Of a stretch of 64,000 nt of DNA, positions 60,377 through 64,000 are shown piece after piece. Position numbers and translations under genes: made by a program. Position 1 is the first letter of the stretch; each line of letters starts with the position of its first letter. Source of the stretch: Christensenella sp. UBA6094 (GTDB lineage Bacteria > Bacillota > Clostridia > Christensenellales > UBA6094); NCBI GenBank assembly GCA_002435915.1, contig DIWY01000004.1:138053-202052 (forward strand), given 5' to 3'. The notes beneath the pieces are model-generated. The model was not told the origin of the DNA. It saw nothing but the letters and a program-made list of their open reading frames with translations, and made no database searches.

Positions 60377-61147
60377 TTATTTCGTTATAATGTATTCCAT
60401 AGTTAGTTGTGCTGTAATTGTGATAGTTCCTGTTTGTATCTGAGTGCTACCTATTGACGATGATGACGTGTCGCTTTTATACTCAGCCGTTGGATAGATA
60501 TATGAAGATGAATTTGTATTTTCAGTAATTTTATTGAGTTTATAAGTAGAGACTCCTAAACTTTTAGCTATAGCATCTGCTTTTATATTGCCCTGATCAA
60601 CAGCTGCCATCATAGCATTATTATACTGAGTATCATAATCCTTAATATTATAACTAATTGAAAACGATTGGTTAGCGCCCTCTCCAATTGCTGCATCTAA
60701 TACGTTACCTATTTTGGATATATCGTTTATAGTTACTTTTAGAATATGCGAAACAGAGTACTCTTTTACTTTAGTTTGACCATTTTCATAATTATATACA
60801 GGATAAATGTTGAAAGAACTAGTTTTAATATCGTCATCAGCTATCCCTTTAGCTTTTAGCGCACTAATTATCCTTGCCATCACGGTATTGTTATCATTCG
60901 TAATCTTTTCAGTGTCTGAGCCTGAGCAAACGTAGCCGATATTTATGTATGCAATGTCAGGTGACAGATTTAATTCTGATTTGGCATTTACCGTTATTAT
61001 GCACCCTTCATCAGTAGTTCCAACTGAATTCACTGTTTTACTGCCTGCAGTCCCATCAGTAGGAACGGTCGAAGTAGTACTTTGTGAGCATCCTGTAAGT
61101 AGCAGTACAGACAGAATGGCCGTTAAACACTTCACATGCGGTTTCAT
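60377..61147 (-). CDS. SIMPL/DUF541 family lipoprotein
   Basis: Lipobox LLLTGC|S. GGAGGG precedes the ATG at 61147. SIMPL-like layout (..YNIYPVY.., ..GAN.., C-terminal ITITA.L...Y). Confidence 0.7.
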   Translation of the reverse strand: MKPHVKCLTAILSVLLLTGCSQSTTSTVPTDGTAGSKTVNSVGTTDEGCIITVNAKSELNLSPDIAYINIGYVCSGSDTEKITNDNNTVMARIISALKAKGIADDDIKTSSFNIYPVYNYENGQTKVKEYSVSHILKVTINDISKIGNVLDAAIGEGANQSFSISYNIKDYDTQYNNAMMAAVDQGNIKADAIAKSLGVSTYKLNKITENTNSSSYIYPTAEYKSDTSSSSIGSTQIQTGTITITAQLTMEYIITK

Positions 61148-61191
61148 ATTAATCCCTCCATATTGATTTAGATTTATTATGTGCAAATATA

Positions 61192-61220
61192 TTGAAAACC
61201 GGTTAGCTTTATGTTAATAT
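61192..61220 (+). promoter_or_regulatory. candidate promoter for tRNA-Leu(CAA)
   Basis: TTGAAA, 17 nt spacer, TAATAT, about 19 nt before the tRNA 5' end. Confidence 0.6.
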
Positions 61221-61238
61221 AAAAGTCGACTCAGATAC

Positions 61239-61325
61239 GCCGAAGTGGTGAAATTGGCAGACGCGCTGGACTCAAAATCCAGTATGGGCAACCATGTGTG
61301 GGTTCAAGTCCCACCTTCGGCACCA
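61239..61325 (+). tRNA. tRNA-Leu (anticodon CAA)
   Basis: Hand-folded. Acceptor GCCGAAG/CTTCGGC, anticodon arm CTGGA-CTCAAAA-TCCAG, long variable arm, GGTTCAAGTCC, encoded CCA. 87 nt. Confidence 0.9.
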
Positions 61326-61331
61326 TTTAAT

Positions 61332-61359
61332 AAACCGCTAATTATGGCGGTTTTCTTTT
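61332..61359 (+). terminator. terminator after tRNA-Leu(CAA)
   Basis: AAACCGC-TAATTATG-GCGGTTT followed by TCTTTT. Confidence 0.7.
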
Positions 61360-61464
61360 ATTTATATGCTTGTTAAGCAACTTTACGTTCACAAATATTT
61401 AATCAAATTTTAATCAAAACATAGCATTTAGAGAGAATTACAAAACGAAATTTCAATAAATAAC

Positions 61465-62172
61465 TCATTTCTCTAAATAAGGTTCCATTTTGCTGACGTC
61501 TTCTGTGATGAAATCGGTTCTGAACTCACTACCACCTATGTTATAGCTAGCCGGTGGAACTTCAATTACATAATCTTTGTAAAATGTTTTATTGCCAACT
61601 GTTACAAATTCTATTCTAAAAGATACTGTCAATGCTACATCATCTCTTGTAATTCCCAAGGCGTTATATAATTCGCTAGTGCTTATAGAATCAGGATATT
61701 TTGAAGAGTCAATAAACGCAATATTATCAAGCTCAACAGCTATAGAATTTTGAGCACCGTAAGATATTGGCTGATCATAAGTTTTTTCATATATGTTGTT
61801 AGATCCTACCATTTTGAAATCGGGAGCTAAATAGCTTTGGTAATTTGCGTAGATATCACCTACAGTTCCCATTTTAGGCGATTTTGTTATTTTAATATTA
61901 CTTACAATCTGTTTTTTTATGTATAGGTCTTTGTTATTGTAATCGATAGTAGAATAATGATCCACCAAAATTTGAAACACCATGCAAACGTATCCTTTTC
62001 CCATGTCTTCTATAGCATCACTAAGAGGCGTTGCAGTTCGATAGACATTTATTATATAACCCTTAGACAAATAGTTTTTGGATAAGTCTGTTACTTTGCC
62101 AATACTACCTGTACTGTTGCTACATCCCGCTAAAAACAATACAATAAAAACTATATACAATAATTTTTTCAT
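61465..62172 (-). CDS. lipoprotein of unknown function
   Basis: MKKLLYIVFIVLFLAGC|SNS lipobox. GGGAGGG RBS. I recognise no family. Confidence 0.6.
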   Translation of the reverse strand: MKKLLYIVFIVLFLAGCSNSTGSIGKVTDLSKNYLSKGYIINVYRTATPLSDAIEDMGKGYVCMVFQILVDHYSTIDYNNKDLYIKKQIVSNIKITKSPKMGTVGDIYANYQSYLAPDFKMVGSNNIYEKTYDQPISYGAQNSIAVELDNIAFIDSSKYPDSISTSELYNALGITRDDVALTVSFRIEFVTVGNKTFYKDYVIEVPPASYNIGGSEFRTDFITEDVSKMEPYLEK

Positions 62173-62509
62173 TTTAATCCCTCCCAAAATTAATACTGAT
62201 TTTAGTTTGCAAATAACTTTCTTTTTTAAATACTTAAATTATGCCATGATTATACCATATTAGTAAATCACGGCATATATTTTATTGTTATATGTATTTG
62301 AAAACAAAAAATGCTTTTGATTTTCATAAACCGGTATATCTCGTGTCCTTTCACGCTTAGGTGAAATCCGTAAGCTTAACATAAGTATTACGGATACTTA
62401 TCTCACGGACTACATAAGGTGTCTACACGTAGAATCTAATACTTACTCTTATATCATTCTTGGTAATATAACAAGTAATTTAGTATTATAAATATATTTT
62501 CTGGTATCA

Positions 62510-62538
62510 TTGATGCAATATTTGTTTTGCTTTATAAT
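62510..62538 (+). promoter_or_regulatory. candidate sigma-A promoter for the carboxylesterase gene
   Basis: TTGATG, 17 nt spacer, TATAAT. The RBS GGAG and the ATG lie about 40 nt downstream. Confidence 0.55.
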
Positions 62539-62578
62539 GAAATATATATAGCAAAAATGTGAAAGCGTGGAGATAAAT

Positions 62579-64000
62579 ATGGCACTTGATGTTATTAAGA
62601 TTCAAACAGGTCTAATTAAAGGAGTAACCTGTGGAAACCCAGCCTACACAGTTTTTAAAGGAATTCCTTTTGCCAAACCTCCAGTTGGAGAATATAGATG
62701 GAAAGCGCCAGCAACTCCCGAGTCTTGGGATGGCGTTAAAACATGTGATTCTTTTGCACCTATTTCAGTTCAAGAATTTCTTCCAGAAGGTGAATTCTAT
62801 CAGAAAGAATTTTTCCCTGTAGAAATGCCAATGAGTGAAGATTGTCTATACTTAAATGTATGGACTCCTTCTAAAACAAGCACAGAAAAGCTTCCTGTTA
62901 TGATGTGGATACATGGTGGTGCTTTTATTCGAGGATATGGTCATGAAATGGAATTCGATGGCGAAGCATTTTGCAAGCGTGATGTTATTCTAGTAACAGT
63001 TCCATACAGATTAGGTGCTCTCGGTTTTTTTGCACATCCTGAGCTTTCAAAGAAAGATCCTAATAATGTATCTGGCAATTACGCCGTTTTAGATTTGATT
63101 CGTGCTCTTGAGTGGATTAAAGATAATATTGAAGCCTTTGGCGGCGACCCATCAAATGTAACCATATTTGGTCAATCTGCTGGAGGAATGCTAGTTCAAA
63201 CACTCTGCACCTCTCCTCTATCAAAAGGCCTTTTCCATAAAGCTATAGTGCATAGTGCAGCAGGTATTAGCTCTATGATCGGGAAATATACATTAGCCGA
63301 TGCAGAAAAATGTGGCAAAGATGCTACTGACAAATTAAATATTACACTCGAAGAACTTACTTCTATGCCCGCTGAAGAACTTACAGATCTATTAAACACT
63401 GTTATAGACCCAAATACATTTAGAATGATGCCAAATGCGGATGGCTACGTTTTGCCTGATTCACCAGGAGATGCTGTAGCATTTGGTAAACATCATGATA
63501 TACCTTATATGACTGGTTCAGTGCAGAAAGATGGATTACTTTTCTCAGGATTCCCAAGTGCTAAGAATATAGCAGAGTTCGAGACGTATTTACATGAACA
63601 CTATGGCCTATATGCGGATAAATACAAAAAGTTGTTTAATGCAGAAAATGATAGTGATGTAATAAAGGCTCAAGATGCTCTAATTAAAGCAACAGCTAAA
63701 CTTGCTCCATACAGTTGGGCAAATGCTCATTTAAAATTAGGTAGAAAGCCTGCATATGTCTATTATTTTGATCGCGATATCCCCGGCGAAGATCGTCCAG
63801 GAGCTTTTCATTCTAGCGAATTGTGGTATGTATTTGGAACCCTAAATAGATGCTGGAGACCTATGGAAGCCGTTGACTACAATTTGTCTTTGATAATGAC
63901 TGATTATTGGACCAATTTCGCTAAAAATGGAAACCCAAATGGAGCAAATTTACCTGCATGGCCTCAATTAACAAACGAAAATCCAGTAATTATGGAAATA
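62579..64000 (+). CDS. type-B carboxylesterase (para-nitrobenzyl-esterase-like), 3' end beyond window
   Basis: Absent from the ORF track because there is no stop in the window. My translation from ATG 62579 is open for 474 codons: FKGIPFAKPPVGEYRW, EDCLYLNVWTP, WIHGGAF, catalytic GQSAGG. Confidence 0.9.
   Translation, partial: MALDVIKIQTGLIKGVTCGNPAYTVFKGIPFAKPPVGEYRWKAPATPESWDGVKTCDSFAPISVQEFLPEGEFYQKEFFPVEMPMSEDCLYLNVWTPSKTSTEKLPVMMWIHGGAFIRGYGHEMEFDGEAFCKRDVILVTVPYRLGALGFFAHPELSKKDPNNVSGNYAVLDLIRALEWIKDNIEAFGGDPSNVTIFGQSAGGMLVQTLCTSPLSKGLFHKAIVHSAAGISSMIGKYTLADAEKCGKDATDKLNITLEELTSMPAEELTDLLNTVIDPNTFRMMPNADGYVLPDSPGDAVAFGKHHDIPYMTGSVQKDGLLFSGFPSAKNIAEFETYLHEHYGLYADKYKKLFNAENDSDVIKAQDALIKATAKLAPYSWANAHLKLGRKPAYVYYFDRDIPGEDRPGAFHSSELWYVFGTLNRCWRPMEAVDYNLSLIMTDYWTNFAKNGNPNGANLPAWPQLTNENPVIMEI

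Noticed and set aside
61326-62578. Possible integrated element next to tRNA-Leu(CAA)
   Set aside because: I found no integrase or recombinase and no repeat of the tRNA 3' end downstream. The segment holds only one lipoprotein gene.
62631-62822. 63-aa plus-strand ORF
   Set aside because: It is out of frame inside the carboxylesterase gene, whose own frame is open for 474 codons and carries the GQSAGG motif.

Overview
Low-GC Firmicutes/Clostridia-type chromosomal core region from a probable spore-former (ylzJ, tepA and CotF-type coat genes are present). About 65 of roughly 70 genes lie on the minus strand and are tightly packed. The backbone is the conserved cluster rpsB-tsf-pyrH-frr-uppS-cdsA-dxr-rseP-ispG-polC-rimP-nusA-ylxR-ylxQ-infB-rbfA-nrnA-truB-ribF-rpsO-pnp-M16 peptidase-dUTPase-like-tepA-ylzJ-ftsK. 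Further blocks follow, in transcription order on the minus strand: ireB-ruvX-DUF1292; Rrf2-nifS; icd-SEC-C-glyA; tsaE-tsaB-rimI-hydrolase-murF-ddl; an FMN riboswitch with ribU; acpS-nnr-mazF; recX-birA; polA-coaE-slt-SBP. There are also two monocistronic tRNA-Leu genes and a 5'-partial type-B carboxylesterase at the right edge. Plus-strand content is limited to a short sporulation/envelope islet (48.6-50.5 kb), one of the tRNA-Leu genes and the esterase. I see no CRISPR array, transposase, integrase, phage block or recognisable multi-gene defence system, so this is mostly an ordinary housekeeping region. The items most worth a second look are listed here. (1) A MurF-type ligase whose UDP-binding N-domain is replaced by a five-helix membrane domain, in an operon with a long Ddl and an alpha/beta hydrolase. 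(2) Five tandem 78-bp repeats in infB that encode the same peptide but differ at synonymous sites. (3) A MazF toxin with no adjacent antitoxin. (4) A tandem-duplicated AcpS. (5) A small ORF translationally coupled to frr. (6) A palindrome-rich 400-nt divergent intergenic region. All calls rest on by-eye motif recognition and synteny. No database search or RNA folding was run.
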